DNA of 64,000 bases, taken from IMG/VR virus record IMGVR_UViG_3300021961_000023. One strand, given 5' to 3'. A program made the translations under genes and the position numbers. The notes below the pieces were generated by a model, which saw only the letters and a list, made by a program, of their open reading frames with translations, was not told the origin of the DNA and did not search any database. Shown piece after piece: positions 15,116 to 25,800 of the stretch (the stretch's first letter is position 1; the number at the start of each line of letters is the position of its first letter). The stretch is from a virus.

Positions 15116-18100
15116 ATGGTCGAGGCAGGTAAAAGTACATATCAAGGTAAGAACGAAAGTGACCTCATTGAAGAAAAAATCGATGAGGTCATTCTTCGTG
15201 CTTTGGGTCTTGATGATGTATTTGACCTTGACTACGGAACATATAAGACTCTCTTAAAAGAGAGAATGATGGCTGACCGTATGGGTCAGAAGATGGATTC
15301 AAGTGAAGTAGAAGCAGTAACGAATGAATATAAAAGAGTAAAAACAAAAACTGGTAGATTTCGTTTAAACAAAAAGAAAGTAACTGCCAGCGCGTTTAAA
15401 ACCAAAAAAACAGGTCCAACAACTGCACCAATCACAGCAGCGTCAAGAATATTACCTGGATCAACATTTGCACCAGCACAAAAACTTATTGCACCAGAAA
15501 AAGAAACTGCTATTGTTCAAGCACCTCAACAGCAGACTTCTATTGCAAAGACGAAACAAGCATATACATATAACTTCTCAAAGATAGAAGGTGCTTTAGA
15601 TGATATTAATAAGAATTTAAAAGGATCTTTCTCCTTTGAAAAAGAAAAAGAGAAAAAGAAAAAGCAAGAAGAAGGGAGAAAAAAGAAAAAAGAGAGAGAA
15701 TCAAACTTAGAAAAGACGATTGGTGCTATTGCAAAGATTGGTAAAAAGATTCTTCAACCCCTCAAAGGTCCACTAGATTACATTATAAACTGGATCACAT
15801 ATACGTTCTTAGGAAAAGTAGTACACAATCTTCTGAACTGGATGTCTGATCCAGACAATGCCAAGAAGATGATGTCTCTTGGTAGATTTTTTAAAGATTG
15901 GTGGCCTGCTTTAGTAGGAGCATATTTAATTTTTGGTAATAGTCTTGGTAGATTTGTATCTAGACTTATCTTTACTGTTGGCGCATTCACCACTAAAATG
16001 TTGGTTGGTGCGATACCAAAACTTTTAAGAGTTGTTAGAACACCTTTAGGTGCTGGTGCTTTATTGTTTGGAGCAGGGGCAGCAATCCCGATGCTCATGC
16101 CAGAAACTGTTGATGAGCAAGAAAGAAAAACAAGTAAGGCAGTAAAAGAGCAGGGTCAAGACAAGGTTAGAACTGAACTTGAAAGAAAAGCAAATAAACC
16201 AAACTTCTTTGAAAGACTTACGGGACAAGATGCAGAGGCAAAAGAACAACTCTATAAAATGGATACAGGACAAACAAAGTCCTATGGATTCCGTAAAGGT
16301 GGAAAGGTAACTACAGCAAGTGGAACAGATATTAAAGGTGCTGGTGTTGATACTCAACTGATTGCTGCTCGTCCTGGTGAAGTTGTAATCAATAAAGAAA
16401 CTGTTGATGCACTAGGAGCAAACTTTTTCTTAGCACTGAATAAAAAGTATGGTGGATCTAATGCAAATAAACCAAAGTTAGCAAAGAATATTCAGACTGC
16501 TGCTGGTGGTGGATTAGTTCTTCCTGCTTTTGCTAATGGTGGAAGAATCAGAGATGATTATGATGGTCCAGATCCGAGAGATTCTCCCACTGGTTCCTTT
16601 GCTAATGATCCAATCGGAGCATTGATGAGAATATACAATAGAGAAAGTGAAAAATATTTCCCACGGGGTTCTGGTGAACGTAATATGCCACCAGAATCTG
16701 ATTCAAAACCGACTCCATCATCACGTCAACCAAAACCTGGCGGTGGATCAACTGGATCTTTACTTAATGATCCATTTGGTGCTGCTAAAAGAGTTTATGA
16801 TAGGTATTTTCCAAGTAACCAATCTTCAGGCACCATTCCACCTCCTCTACCTCCATTAAAAGATGGAAAACCAACTACTTCTGGATCAACTCCTAAACAA
16901 GAAGAACCAGGAATAGCAGAAAAGATTTTAAAGAGTTCAACTTTTAGAGATTCTGGATTGCAATATTTGAGATCTATGATGGGCGGGATCGGTGGACCAG
17001 TTACTGAAACACAACTATCAAAAGAATCCAAAGATGAACTTACAAAAGCAATAGAAAGAGCGAGAAAAAGAACTAGTAGAGAGCTTGCTATTGCAACACA
17101 AGATCTTGCAAAAGCTAAAAAGGAAAAGTGGTCAAATCTTGCTGAAGTTCAAGGCGTTTATGATCGATTAAAACGAGGTGAGATAAGAGTAGAATATGAA
17201 GATTATTTTGAAAAAGGTAAAATATCTCCTGCTGCTGAAGACGCAAAAAGTATTCTCGGTAAGTTTTGGGCAAGAGCAAGTACTGATGGTGGATATAGGG
17301 TTGTAAACGAGAAGTATGATTTTGTTGATATGCCTGATCCTTGGGCTGTTATAAGGGGAGATTCTAGAGGAATCTCAAAAGTTGATGCAAATAAAGCAAA
17401 AAGATCAATAACATTAAGAGAAAGATTGCAAGCATTTTATCAAATAAATCCTTTTGCAAGAGATATGGAAGTTGATATGGTTCTTGGGAAGAAGAAAGGA
17501 GACCCACTAAGAACTATACAAAATACAGCAACAATGATGATTAGATCTAATCCTCTAGTCAACGATGCATTTTATCTTGCAGATCAACTGCGTGGTAAAC
17601 CACAACCACCAATGAGTGAAAAAGAAAAAATGAATCAAAAGAGATTAGAATCTCAACGTCCATGGTGGGATAAAATGGGATGGTTTGGTGGTGCATCTGC
17701 TGAAAAACAGAGACAACAAAAAAATAAACCAGTGTATGGTCCTGGAGGATCTGCAACTGGTTCTGGTAGAGGTCAAGCACAACAGAAACCAAAACCAAAA
17801 CCAAAACCAAAACTTAATAAAGCACAGCAGATTTATGGAGCAAGTACACCATCAATCACTAAGACTAAACCACCACAGAGAGCATGGTATGATCCTCGTG
17901 GATGGGTAGGAAAGCAAGGAGGTGGGGAGATCACAGAGTCAACTGGCATGAATATGCCTGGTGCCGCTGCTGATAGACAGTTGATTGCAACTCAACCAGG
18001 GGAGTACATTCTTCCAGTTGATGCAGTAATGAAACTTGGTGGACCTAATACAATCGATAGATTAGTTGCCACTCTTGATTCAAATTCTACACCAGCAAAG

Positions 18101-18310
18101 ATGGGTGCAAGAAAACTAAAACCAATCCCTGGTCCACCATCAGTTGCTGGTAGATCTGGGATGATGACTTTACCACCAATCACAAGTGGATCTTCTTCAG
18201 GTGTTGGAGGATCTGGAAAAGGTGAAAGAAAACAAGTTCCAAGTTTTTCTGCGACTTCTCCATACACAGGAGAAAGAAAAAATAACGCAGATATTTACGG
18301 TATCAGATAA
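15116..18310 (+). CDS. Large tape-measure/hub-like virion protein
   Basis: Position after gp26/gp51; K-rich coil, hydrophobic segment, two GG.....D.Q..A..PGE motifs. Confidence 0.65.
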   Translation: MVEAGKSTYQGKNESDLIEEKIDEVILRALGLDDVFDLDYGTYKTLLKERMMADRMGQKMDSSEVEAVTNEYKRVKTKTGRFRLNKKKVTASAFKTKKTGPTTAPITAASRILPGSTFAPAQKLIAPEKETAIVQAPQQQTSIAKTKQAYTYNFSKIEGALDDINKNLKGSFSFEKEKEKKKKQEEGRKKKKERESNLEKTIGAIAKIGKKILQPLKGPLDYIINWITYTFLGKVVHNLLNWMSDPDNAKKMMSLGRFFKDWWPALVGAYLIFGNSLGRFVSRLIFTVGAFTTKMLVGAIPKLLRVVRTPLGAGALLFGAGAAIPMLMPETVDEQERKTSKAVKEQGQDKVRTELERKANKPNFFERLTGQDAEAKEQLYKMDTGQTKSYGFRKGGKVTTASGTDIKGAGVDTQLIAARPGEVVINKETVDALGANFFLALNKKYGGSNANKPKLAKNIQTAAGGGLVLPAFANGGRIRDDYDGPDPRDSPTGSFANDPIGALMRIYNRESEKYFPRGSGERNMPPESDSKPTPSSRQPKPGGGSTGSLLNDPFGAAKRVYDRYFPSNQSSGTIPPPLPPLKDGKPTTSGSTPKQEEPGIAEKILKSSTFRDSGLQYLRSMMGGIGGPVTETQLSKESKDELTKAIERARKRTSRELAIATQDLAKAKKEKWSNLAEVQGVYDRLKRGEIRVEYEDYFEKGKISPAAEDAKSILGKFWARASTDGGYRVVNEKYDFVDMPDPWAVIRGDSRGISKVDANKAKRSITLRERLQAFYQINPFARDMEVDMVLGKKKGDPLRTIQNTATMMIRSNPLVNDAFYLADQLRGKPQPPMSEKEKMNQKRLESQRPWWDKMGWFGGASAEKQRQQKNKPVYGPGGSATGSGRGQAQQKPKPKPKPKLNKAQQIYGASTPSITKTKPPQRAWYDPRGWVGKQGGGEITESTGMNMPGAAADRQLIATQPGEYILPVDAVMKLGGPNTIDRLVATLDSNSTPAKMGARKLKPIPGPPSVAGRSGMMTLPPITSGSSSGVGGSGKGERKQVPSFSATSPYTGERKNNADIYGIR

Positions 18311-21300
18311 TGGCATTAGTAGGATTTTTACCACCTAGTTCTTATAATACTGGAAGTGCTCTTGTTAGAGCATCGACTCGTAAAGTCGTGATTAAAAAAT
18401 CTAATGATGAATCTTTTAAAGGTGCAATAACTAAGTCTTTTAAGAAATCAGACATTGCTACAACAGAAAAAAAGAGTGGTGCTTTAGTTTATAGTGGAAA
18501 CAAAAAGGATGATACTGAAGAACAAATCATAAGAGTAAAGGTTAAGGTAATAAAACTGCGTGATATTTTTAAGAATAGATATGTCTATGATAAGATAAAG
18601 GATAAAAAAGAAACTAGAGATAAAACAAATGATGACAAGAAAAAAAGAGAAAAAGAGTTAGAAGGAAAAAAGAAATCTAATAAGTTTAATATTGGAAAGT
18701 TAGGTGCTTTGATGCCTAAGACTGGTATATTTGATTGGATTACTAACTTTTTACTTTATACTATTCTAGGGTATCTGAATAATCGTTTTGAAATCATACC
18801 AAAACTAGTTGGATTGATTCCTCTCATTGAGAAGTCAATGAACTTTATTGTTAACATTGGTGGAATTTTATTAAATGGATTAACAACTTTTATTGATTTT
18901 GGGTATGGATTAGTTGACAAGACAAAGGGATTCATTAAAGCAATCGGTGGTGATGGTGCAGCAAAAGTATTTGATAAGTTTTTAGGTACATTAAATACTC
19001 TCTTTAATCTGGCATTAATCGCCGCAATGATTAATGCTGGTGGTGGATTTGGTGGAAAAGGAAAAGGTGGAGGAGCACCTAAAGGGGGAGTTAAACCAGG
19101 AGGAAAACCTAGAGTAACTACAAGTGGTGGTCGAACTGCTGGTAAACCTGATATAAGAAATCCTCTCAGACAAAAACCAAAAGTAACCACAGGAACAGGT
19201 GGTGGGAAAGGATCTAGATTACCAAAACTTCCAAAAGGAATAAAAGCAAAAGGAGCTGGACTTCTTGGAATGGCGTTCCTCATTCCAGATCTTATTGAAT
19301 CTGGAATGTTAGCAAAGGAAGGTAGGGGAAAGGATGGACTCAGAACACTTATCAATGCAGTTAGTGGGACAGGAGCAGGCATGGCCGCTTCTGCTGCTAC
19401 ACTTGCTGGCGCTGGGGCATTAGGATTAACTGGTGTTGGATTACCAGCTGCTATTGCTCTAGGTATTGCATCTCTTGGTGTCGGAACAGTAGCAGGAACT
19501 GCCGCATATAATGCATCTGATGCTGGTCTCAGAAAGATGGGATTAGTAGATACAGATCCTAAAACTGGAAAACCATATCAGTATGCGTATGGAGGGATGA
19601 TTGGTAAGGCAGGTGCAGGATTACCCATTCTTGGTGGAATGATGAGTCTTCCACCAATGCCTAAACTCACATTACCAAATCTTGTACCAACTCTGATAGG
19701 CAATGCTATTGGTGGAGTTAAAAAACTACTTAGTTTCTTTGGTGTAGGAACCGAGGATGAAGCAAAATCTTCAAGTGAACCACTAATCAATCTCGCAAAT
19801 AAAGTAAAAGATATTCCTTTGATTGGTGGTGCAATGTATGCTGCACTACAACTTGCTTTAGGAATGAGAGTTGATCGCAATGTATTAAAGTATGTTGGTG
19901 CTCAGTTTACAAACTTTTCAAACTTAGATGCATTTAAAGGTATCAGTGCATCTACATCAAGACTGTCATCAGCATTAAAGTTTGAAGAGGGTGGTCAGGT
20001 TACATCTACTGTTGTTTCGTTATCACAATCTGATAACATGAAATCAGTGAACTCTCTTGCAACTTACTTAGATAGAGAAATAGGTTCTATAGAACTAGAA
20101 GTAATTGATAAAGAACCACCTCCTGCTTCTGGTCAAGCAACAGGAACAAGTCCTAGAGATAGAGATATAAATGCAAGAGGAGGATTTGATCCTCGTTATG
20201 ATACTCCTGGAGGCGCAACTTTTGGTGGAGCTAATCTATCCAAACTACAAAAACAAGCACTCGCTATCCTTTCTAAGTACGAATCTGCTGGATCTGGAGG
20301 ATATAATGCTGTTAACCAGATAGGAATTGCTGGAGGTAGAGGTGTTGCTGGATTTTCTGGCGATTTTCGTAAAATGAAACAACATAGAGGTAGAGCATTA
20401 ACTGAGTTAACGATACAAGAAATCCTTAACTTACAGGCAGAAAAACCTGGAATGTCAAATGATGAATGGATTAAACAAGGTAGATTACATGCAGTAGGTC
20501 GTTATCAGTTTATTGGAAATACTTTACCTGGAGTTGTAAAAAGAGCAGGAATACCAACAAATGCTAAATTCACTCCTGAAGTCCAAGATTTACTTGGAAT
20601 GCAGTATTTGAAAGAAAGAGGTATTGGTGCTTGGGTTGGCCCATCAGATAAAGCAACTCGTGAAGAAAGAGCACTCATAGAAAGAGCGAGAAGAGAACCT
20701 ATTAAGTATCAACCACAAATTGCAACTGGTTCATCATCTAATCCAGGATTTAATCTTTTAAATCCTTCAACATGGTTTGGCGGCAAAGGAGGTAAAAAAT
20801 TTCCATTACCAAAGGGAATGATTGGTACTGGAGAAGGTCAAGTTTTTGGAGCTCCGAGATCTTATGGTGGACATGCTGGTGTTGATGTTGTTGAAAGACC
20901 ACCATGGGGAGGAGATCCTAAACTTCCAGTTGTTGCATATCGTGATGGTACAGTTATTAGTGGTTCACCAGGATATTCATACAAAAGGTCTGGGTATACC
21001 TCCAACTTATCAATTGATCATGGTGGTGGTTTAAAAGTAACCTATCTTCATATGACTCCAGGATTGAAACCAGGAGATAAAGTTTCTGCTGGACAAAATA
21101 TTGGAAGACTTATAGACTTAGGAAACCAAACACACTTACACTTTCAGGCATATCAAGATAATAAACTCATAAATCCAACTGGATTATTGAGAGGTGCCGC
21201 ACAAGGTGGTGGATACATTGGCAAAAATCCAAAAGTATATAAAGGTATAAATGAATCGGCATCATATGAACAATCTGGAGTTCTTCTGATGATTCAACCA

Positions 21301-21420
21301 ATGATCATTGAAAAGCAATCAGATAGATCAATATCGTATGGATCTAATCTAAGCAAAACAACTTTTGCTGGAAATGGCAGTGTAAATAGTGGATATAACC
21401 CTGCTGCAAGTCGAGGATAA
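18310..21420 (+). CDS. Large virion protein with lysozyme-like and M23 peptidase domains
   Basis: YES..GGYNA...AVGRYQF; HAGVD...TYLHM...HLHF. Confidence 0.8.
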   Translation: MALVGFLPPSSYNTGSALVRASTRKVVIKKSNDESFKGAITKSFKKSDIATTEKKSGALVYSGNKKDDTEEQIIRVKVKVIKLRDIFKNRYVYDKIKDKKETRDKTNDDKKKREKELEGKKKSNKFNIGKLGALMPKTGIFDWITNFLLYTILGYLNNRFEIIPKLVGLIPLIEKSMNFIVNIGGILLNGLTTFIDFGYGLVDKTKGFIKAIGGDGAAKVFDKFLGTLNTLFNLALIAAMINAGGGFGGKGKGGGAPKGGVKPGGKPRVTTSGGRTAGKPDIRNPLRQKPKVTTGTGGGKGSRLPKLPKGIKAKGAGLLGMAFLIPDLIESGMLAKEGRGKDGLRTLINAVSGTGAGMAASAATLAGAGALGLTGVGLPAAIALGIASLGVGTVAGTAAYNASDAGLRKMGLVDTDPKTGKPYQYAYGGMIGKAGAGLPILGGMMSLPPMPKLTLPNLVPTLIGNAIGGVKKLLSFFGVGTEDEAKSSSEPLINLANKVKDIPLIGGAMYAALQLALGMRVDRNVLKYVGAQFTNFSNLDAFKGISASTSRLSSALKFEEGGQVTSTVVSLSQSDNMKSVNSLATYLDREIGSIELEVIDKEPPPASGQATGTSPRDRDINARGGFDPRYDTPGGATFGGANLSKLQKQALAILSKYESAGSGGYNAVNQIGIAGGRGVAGFSGDFRKMKQHRGRALTELTIQEILNLQAEKPGMSNDEWIKQGRLHAVGRYQFIGNTLPGVVKRAGIPTNAKFTPEVQDLLGMQYLKERGIGAWVGPSDKATREERALIERARREPIKYQPQIATGSSSNPGFNLLNPSTWFGGKGGKKFPLPKGMIGTGEGQVFGAPRSYGGHAGVDVVERPPWGGDPKLPVVAYRDGTVISGSPGYSYKRSGYTSNLSIDHGGGLKVTYLHMTPGLKPGDKVSAGQNIGRLIDLGNQTHLHFQAYQDNKLINPTGLLRGAAQGGGYIGKNPKVYKGINESASYEQSGVLLMIQPMIIEKQSDRSISYGSNLSKTTFAGNGSVNSGYNPAASRG

Positions 21421-21423
21421 ACA

Positions 21424-22764
21424 GTGAGCACTCCAAACAAGGTAACAGAGTCTGGAAGTATAGAAAAGTTTATTATCGTGTCTGACTACACGGATAATCT
21501 TGATATTTCTATGGGTGTAGTCGAGTTGCATTACTATGAGTCAATGCTTGATACAACAGTTCGTGTCTCTGCCAAAGTAGTTGATAGTGGTCTTAGGAAA
21601 GCTGCCATTCAAAAGAAAGTAGGTTATGAAGCAGCATTAGAAAATGATGAAGTTTTTGAAGCACCTGGAGACGATAACACTACTATCACTGGTGGGGAAA
21701 AAGTTGAACTTAGCTTTAGTGATAATCAAGGAACTACCTTGTCCTTTCCAGAACTAAGAGTACAAGCAACTAGAGACATCTCAGAAAACAGTCAGTTTAG
21801 TACATTTACGATTGATCTTTTTTCAAAAGAAGCAATCACTAATGAATACGTTGACACGAGAGTTGTTCTTCGATATGAAGGAAAAATATCAGATTCTGTG
21901 AGGAAAATTATAACAAGTAATCTTCAAACTCCAAATGAAATAGAGATTGATACGACAATCAATGAATGGGTATTTAATGGTAATAATGAAAAACCATTTT
22001 ATAAACTATTGGGACTAGCAACTAGAAGTGTGCCTGAAGACGTTCCTAATGCACTTGGCAACATCGCAGGATACTTTTTCTTCGAGACAGCATCCGAAGG
22101 AGGAGGAAAAAAGTATTTGTTTAAGTCCATTGATAAGTTGTTCTCTCAAGGACCAAAGAGAACATTGACTTATACTGATACTCCTGGAGGAACTATTTTA
22201 GATTACTCTTTTATGTCTACGATGGATGTGAAAGAAAAGATTTCTAACTCAGCATATTCAAGTAGTAAGTTAATATCTCATACTCCATGGAACCAAGAGT
22301 ATAAAGAAGATGCATCAACTAGCAAAAAACAGGAAGAAAATGGTATACTTGGTGGTAGGGAGTTTCCAAAAATGGCAAAGGATTTGGATTTGCCAAACAA
22401 AGCAACTAACATAAGCAAGCAAATCCTTGATACGGGAACTTTACCACCTGGTGCTAATCTTGGAGCACAACTGCCTAAAGCAAAGCAAGTTATCTTTGAC
22501 ACTGCTCAGATCATGAGACAAGCAAGACAAAGATATAATCAGTTGTTTACAAATAAGTTGACTGTTACTATTGCAGGTGATTTTTCTCTTAGAGCAGGTG
22601 ATTTAGTTACAGTGCAGTTCCCTGAAGTAGACTGGGAAACGAACGGATCAATAAGTAATCTGAAAAGTGGGATATATATGATAGTAGATGTGTGTCATTT
22701 GATTAGAACGGAAGACACTTTTACGAAGTTAAATCTAATCCGAGATTCAGTATTTAAAAAGTAA
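21424..22764 (+). CDS. Baseplate hub protein (gp27-like)
   Basis: YYESM, GYFFFET, FKSIDKL, GDFSLRAGD, SGIYMI..VCH. Confidence 0.7.
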   Translation: MSTPNKVTESGSIEKFIIVSDYTDNLDISMGVVELHYYESMLDTTVRVSAKVVDSGLRKAAIQKKVGYEAALENDEVFEAPGDDNTTITGGEKVELSFSDNQGTTLSFPELRVQATRDISENSQFSTFTIDLFSKEAITNEYVDTRVVLRYEGKISDSVRKIITSNLQTPNEIEIDTTINEWVFNGNNEKPFYKLLGLATRSVPEDVPNALGNIAGYFFFETASEGGGKKYLFKSIDKLFSQGPKRTLTYTDTPGGTILDYSFMSTMDVKEKISNSAYSSSKLISHTPWNQEYKEDASTSKKQEENGILGGREFPKMAKDLDLPNKATNISKQILDTGTLPPGANLGAQLPKAKQVIFDTAQIMRQARQRYNQLFTNKLTVTIAGDFSLRAGDLVTVQFPEVDWETNGSISNLKSGIYMIVDVCHLIRTEDTFTKLNLIRDSVFKK

Positions 22765-22768
22765 AACT

Positions 22769-22981
22769 ATGGAAAGTATCGATCAACATATTCAAAAAGA
22801 TAAAGATGAACTGAACGATCCTCAGATTTCATCTCAACGTCGTCGTCATATTGAAGGTGAGTTAGAACAACTTGAAGCGTATAAGCAACGTCATCCAGAG
22901 GATCAGCATGATCCAACCTCACTTGAACTTTATTGTGATGCAAATCCAGAAGCACCAGAGTGTCTAGTTTATGATGACTGA
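22769..22981 (+). CDS. cp12: CP12 Calvin-cycle regulator
   Basis: C-terminal LELYCDANPEAPECLVYDD. Confidence 0.92.
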   Translation: MESIDQHIQKDKDELNDPQISSQRRRHIEGELEQLEAYKQRHPEDQHDPTSLELYCDANPEAPECLVYDD

Positions 22982-25800
22982 TGGCAAATAATTTTAACAG
23001 TGAAGTCCTAAGTGACGGGAACTTTTATTGGTTCCATGGACAGATTGTTGACGATTCAACATGGCAAAAGAACATTATTGAGAAAGGACATGTTCCCCCA
23101 GATAGACCTGGATGGGGACATCGATATAAAGTAAGAATTTTTGGTCAACATACTCCTAATAAAAAACTAGAACCACCTGATGAACAACTTCCTATGTGTG
23201 AAGTTCTTCTTCCAGTAACTGGTGGAAGTGGTATCTACGGTTCAAAACAAACACCTAACTTGTCACAAGGTGATTATGTTATTGGATTCTATAAGGATGG
23301 TGTAGAACAAAACGAACCTGTGATCTTAGGTTGCTACTCAACTGGTGCCCAAACTAACTTGTTTCCTGGAGATCCTCCAGCAGGATTTATTCCAAGAACA
23401 GGTTATAAAGGTTTGTCTGGAGATAAAGTAGTTCATCGTAAAGACCAAGTTGGTGATACAGGAAAACCAAGAGAAAATACTGACGATCCAAATCAACAAC
23501 CTGCAAGTAACTTTGATCAGGAAGATGATTTTGAGAAAGAAACTCAAATACAAAATAACTGTGAAAGTAAGAACTCCGAAATGAAAGGAGTTCAGTTAGC
23601 AATAAAAAATCTACTAAAATCAGTTAACAAAGCAAAGAAAGCAACACAAACAGTTCAAGGTGCTTTGGGAGCATTCAATGCCGCTGGTGGTCCAGATTTT
23701 ATAACAAATGAACTAAACAAAGCATCTCAACTTATTTCTGGGTTTGTAAAAAGTATCCTGACAAGAATACGTGGATATGTTAATCTAAAAATAACAAATG
23801 CTATCAAAGATGTCACAGCATTAACATTTCCAAACCAACGACAAAAACTACAAAAAGCATCTGAAACTGGACTTAATACCTTTTATTGTGTTATAGAAAA
23901 ACTTATAGATCGACTTCTTAGTTTAGTAAATAGTCTTCTTAAGGATTTAATTGATAAGTTTGTTAATGCTCCACTTTGTGCTGCTGAACAGTTCATTGGA
24001 GATTTGCTTGGCAATCTCATGGGAGATCTGATCAACGGTATCTCTTCTGCACTAGCTCCAATCACTTCTCTTGTAGGTTCTATTGCAAATCAAGTGAGTG
24101 GTATAGCAGATGGTGTAATGAATGCTTTGAATATTGCATCAAATATTCTCCAGTTCTTCTCTTGTGATAATGAACAACTATGCCCTGATTATGATTCATG
24201 GACATGGGGATCTGGTGCTCAGAGTCTCCCATCTCCATCAGCAGCACTAGGCAAAAAGTTAGAAGAATATTCCTCAAATATCAATATCCCTGGAGGAGGT
24301 TCTGCTCCACCATGTAATACAAGTGGAATACCTTGTGGTCCTCCACAGATTCAGTTTGTAGGTAATAGTGTAAGCCCAGCAACTGGAAATCTAGTTGTTT
24401 CTGCTGCTGGTGCCATTTTAGGTGTTGATTTAACTGGATCTGGTAGTGGATATACAAGTCCTCCATTGGCAGTTGTTGTTGATATGTGCGGACTAGGACA
24501 AGGTGCAGTTCTTGAAACTGAAATTGATCCTCTACTAACTGGTCCAAGTTTAGTTCCAGTTGCAGTTGGGTCAAATGGTGGATCTCCAGTTTCTGTTGGT
24601 GGAACTGGTGGAACTCCAGTTACAACTCCTGATGGAACTCCAGTAACTGCAGGTGGAACTGGTGGTACTCCAGTTGTTGTACCATCAACTACAACCACAA
24701 CTCCTGGAATTACAACCACTGGTACAGGAGGAACACCAATCGTAACAACAAGTGGAACACCATTAACAGTTGGTGGAACAGGTGGAACTCCAGTTTATGC
24801 AGGCGGAAGTGGTGGAACTCCAGTTACCACTCCTAATGGAACACCAGTAACTGCTGGAGGAAATGGTGGTACATCACTAACAACAACAAATGGAACTCCG
24901 ATTGTAACTCAGTCTTCTCCTGGAGGAGTTACTAGTGTCCAGGTAGTTGATCCTGGATTTGGATATTTACCTGCACCAAATGGAAGTGTTGGTGGAAATG
25001 GAGATGTATTTGCCAATAATAATGATGCTATCTACACCTCATCAAATGGAAATATAGATTCTTATCCACCAGGAACAACGATTGCTGTTACAGAGGGTGG
25101 AACTTTAGGTTTACCATCTGGTACGACTGCAGAAGTATATGATAATGATGGCAATCTTGTACAAACAGTGGTTGGAACAGGATTATTAACTCCAACTGTA
25201 ATCGATTTTGGCGGACAAATATATAGTCTGTATGAATCGTTGACTGATGGTAATTTAAATAACATTCCATCACAATCTCCAGATAACTGGTTGCTACTAC
25301 CAAGTGATTTTGAAGTATCAGAATCAACTCCATTGTGGGATAGTACTTATTCTTACTCTGACGGAAACGTTGTTAAGTACAACTCAACAGCATCATCTGG
25401 AACTGTGACTATTCCAGATACAACAAATGAAAACATTACAGTGATTGGTCAATCTTCTAATCTTTCTAGTGGAAATACATATCCAGTTGTTCTTTGCTTA
25501 GAAGAAGTAGTGATTGATAACCCTGGGTATCTTTATGATCCAAGCGATAATATTTTTATCACACCAAGTAATGGCACTCAACTTGAAGTTAAGTATGATC
25601 AGTTTGGTAGAGTGACTAAAGTTGATGTTATCAAAAAAGGATGTGGATTTACAGATATCCCTGAAATTGGTATAATATCATTGACAGGATATAATGCTAA
25701 ACTAAGACCAATCCTACGTCCACGTAGAGTTGGAGAGGATGAACAACTTCCAGATGGAATAGAAGTTATTTCTGTAGTAGATTGTGTAGGTAAAGTTTAA
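22981..25800 (+). CDS. gp5: Baseplate hub/spike protein gp5-like
   Basis: N-terminal OB fold WFHGQIVD..RYKVRIFGQH..LP..GDYVIGFY.DG..PVILG. Confidence 0.75.
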   Translation: MANNFNSEVLSDGNFYWFHGQIVDDSTWQKNIIEKGHVPPDRPGWGHRYKVRIFGQHTPNKKLEPPDEQLPMCEVLLPVTGGSGIYGSKQTPNLSQGDYVIGFYKDGVEQNEPVILGCYSTGAQTNLFPGDPPAGFIPRTGYKGLSGDKVVHRKDQVGDTGKPRENTDDPNQQPASNFDQEDDFEKETQIQNNCESKNSEMKGVQLAIKNLLKSVNKAKKATQTVQGALGAFNAAGGPDFITNELNKASQLISGFVKSILTRIRGYVNLKITNAIKDVTALTFPNQRQKLQKASETGLNTFYCVIEKLIDRLLSLVNSLLKDLIDKFVNAPLCAAEQFIGDLLGNLMGDLINGISSALAPITSLVGSIANQVSGIADGVMNALNIASNILQFFSCDNEQLCPDYDSWTWGSGAQSLPSPSAALGKKLEEYSSNINIPGGGSAPPCNTSGIPCGPPQIQFVGNSVSPATGNLVVSAAGAILGVDLTGSGSGYTSPPLAVVVDMCGLGQGAVLETEIDPLLTGPSLVPVAVGSNGGSPVSVGGTGGTPVTTPDGTPVTAGGTGGTPVVVPSTTTTTPGITTTGTGGTPIVTTSGTPLTVGGTGGTPVYAGGSGGTPVTTPNGTPVTAGGNGGTSLTTTNGTPIVTQSSPGGVTSVQVVDPGFGYLPAPNGSVGGNGDVFANNNDAIYTSSNGNIDSYPPGTTIAVTEGGTLGLPSGTTAEVYDNDGNLVQTVVGTGLLTPTVIDFGGQIYSLYESLTDGNLNNIPSQSPDNWLLLPSDFEVSESTPLWDSTYSYSDGNVVKYNSTASSGTVTIPDTTNENITVIGQSSNLSSGNTYPVVLCLEEVVIDNPGYLYDPSDNIFITPSNGTQLEVKYDQFGRVTKVDVIKKGCGFTDIPEIGIISLTGYNAKLRPILRPRRVGEDEQLPDGIEVISVVDCVGKV
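24556..24910 (+). repeat. Coding G/T/P-rich repeats (GGTGGTPV) in gp5
   Basis: Repeated ggtggaactccagt / GGTPV units. Confidence 0.75.

Noticed and set aside
17786-17812. CCAAAA hexamer microsatellite
   Set aside because: In-frame KPKPKPK linker; length changes would not shift the frame.
18756-19382. 208-aa Pro-rich antisense ORF
   Set aside because: Mirror of Gly-rich codons on the sense strand.
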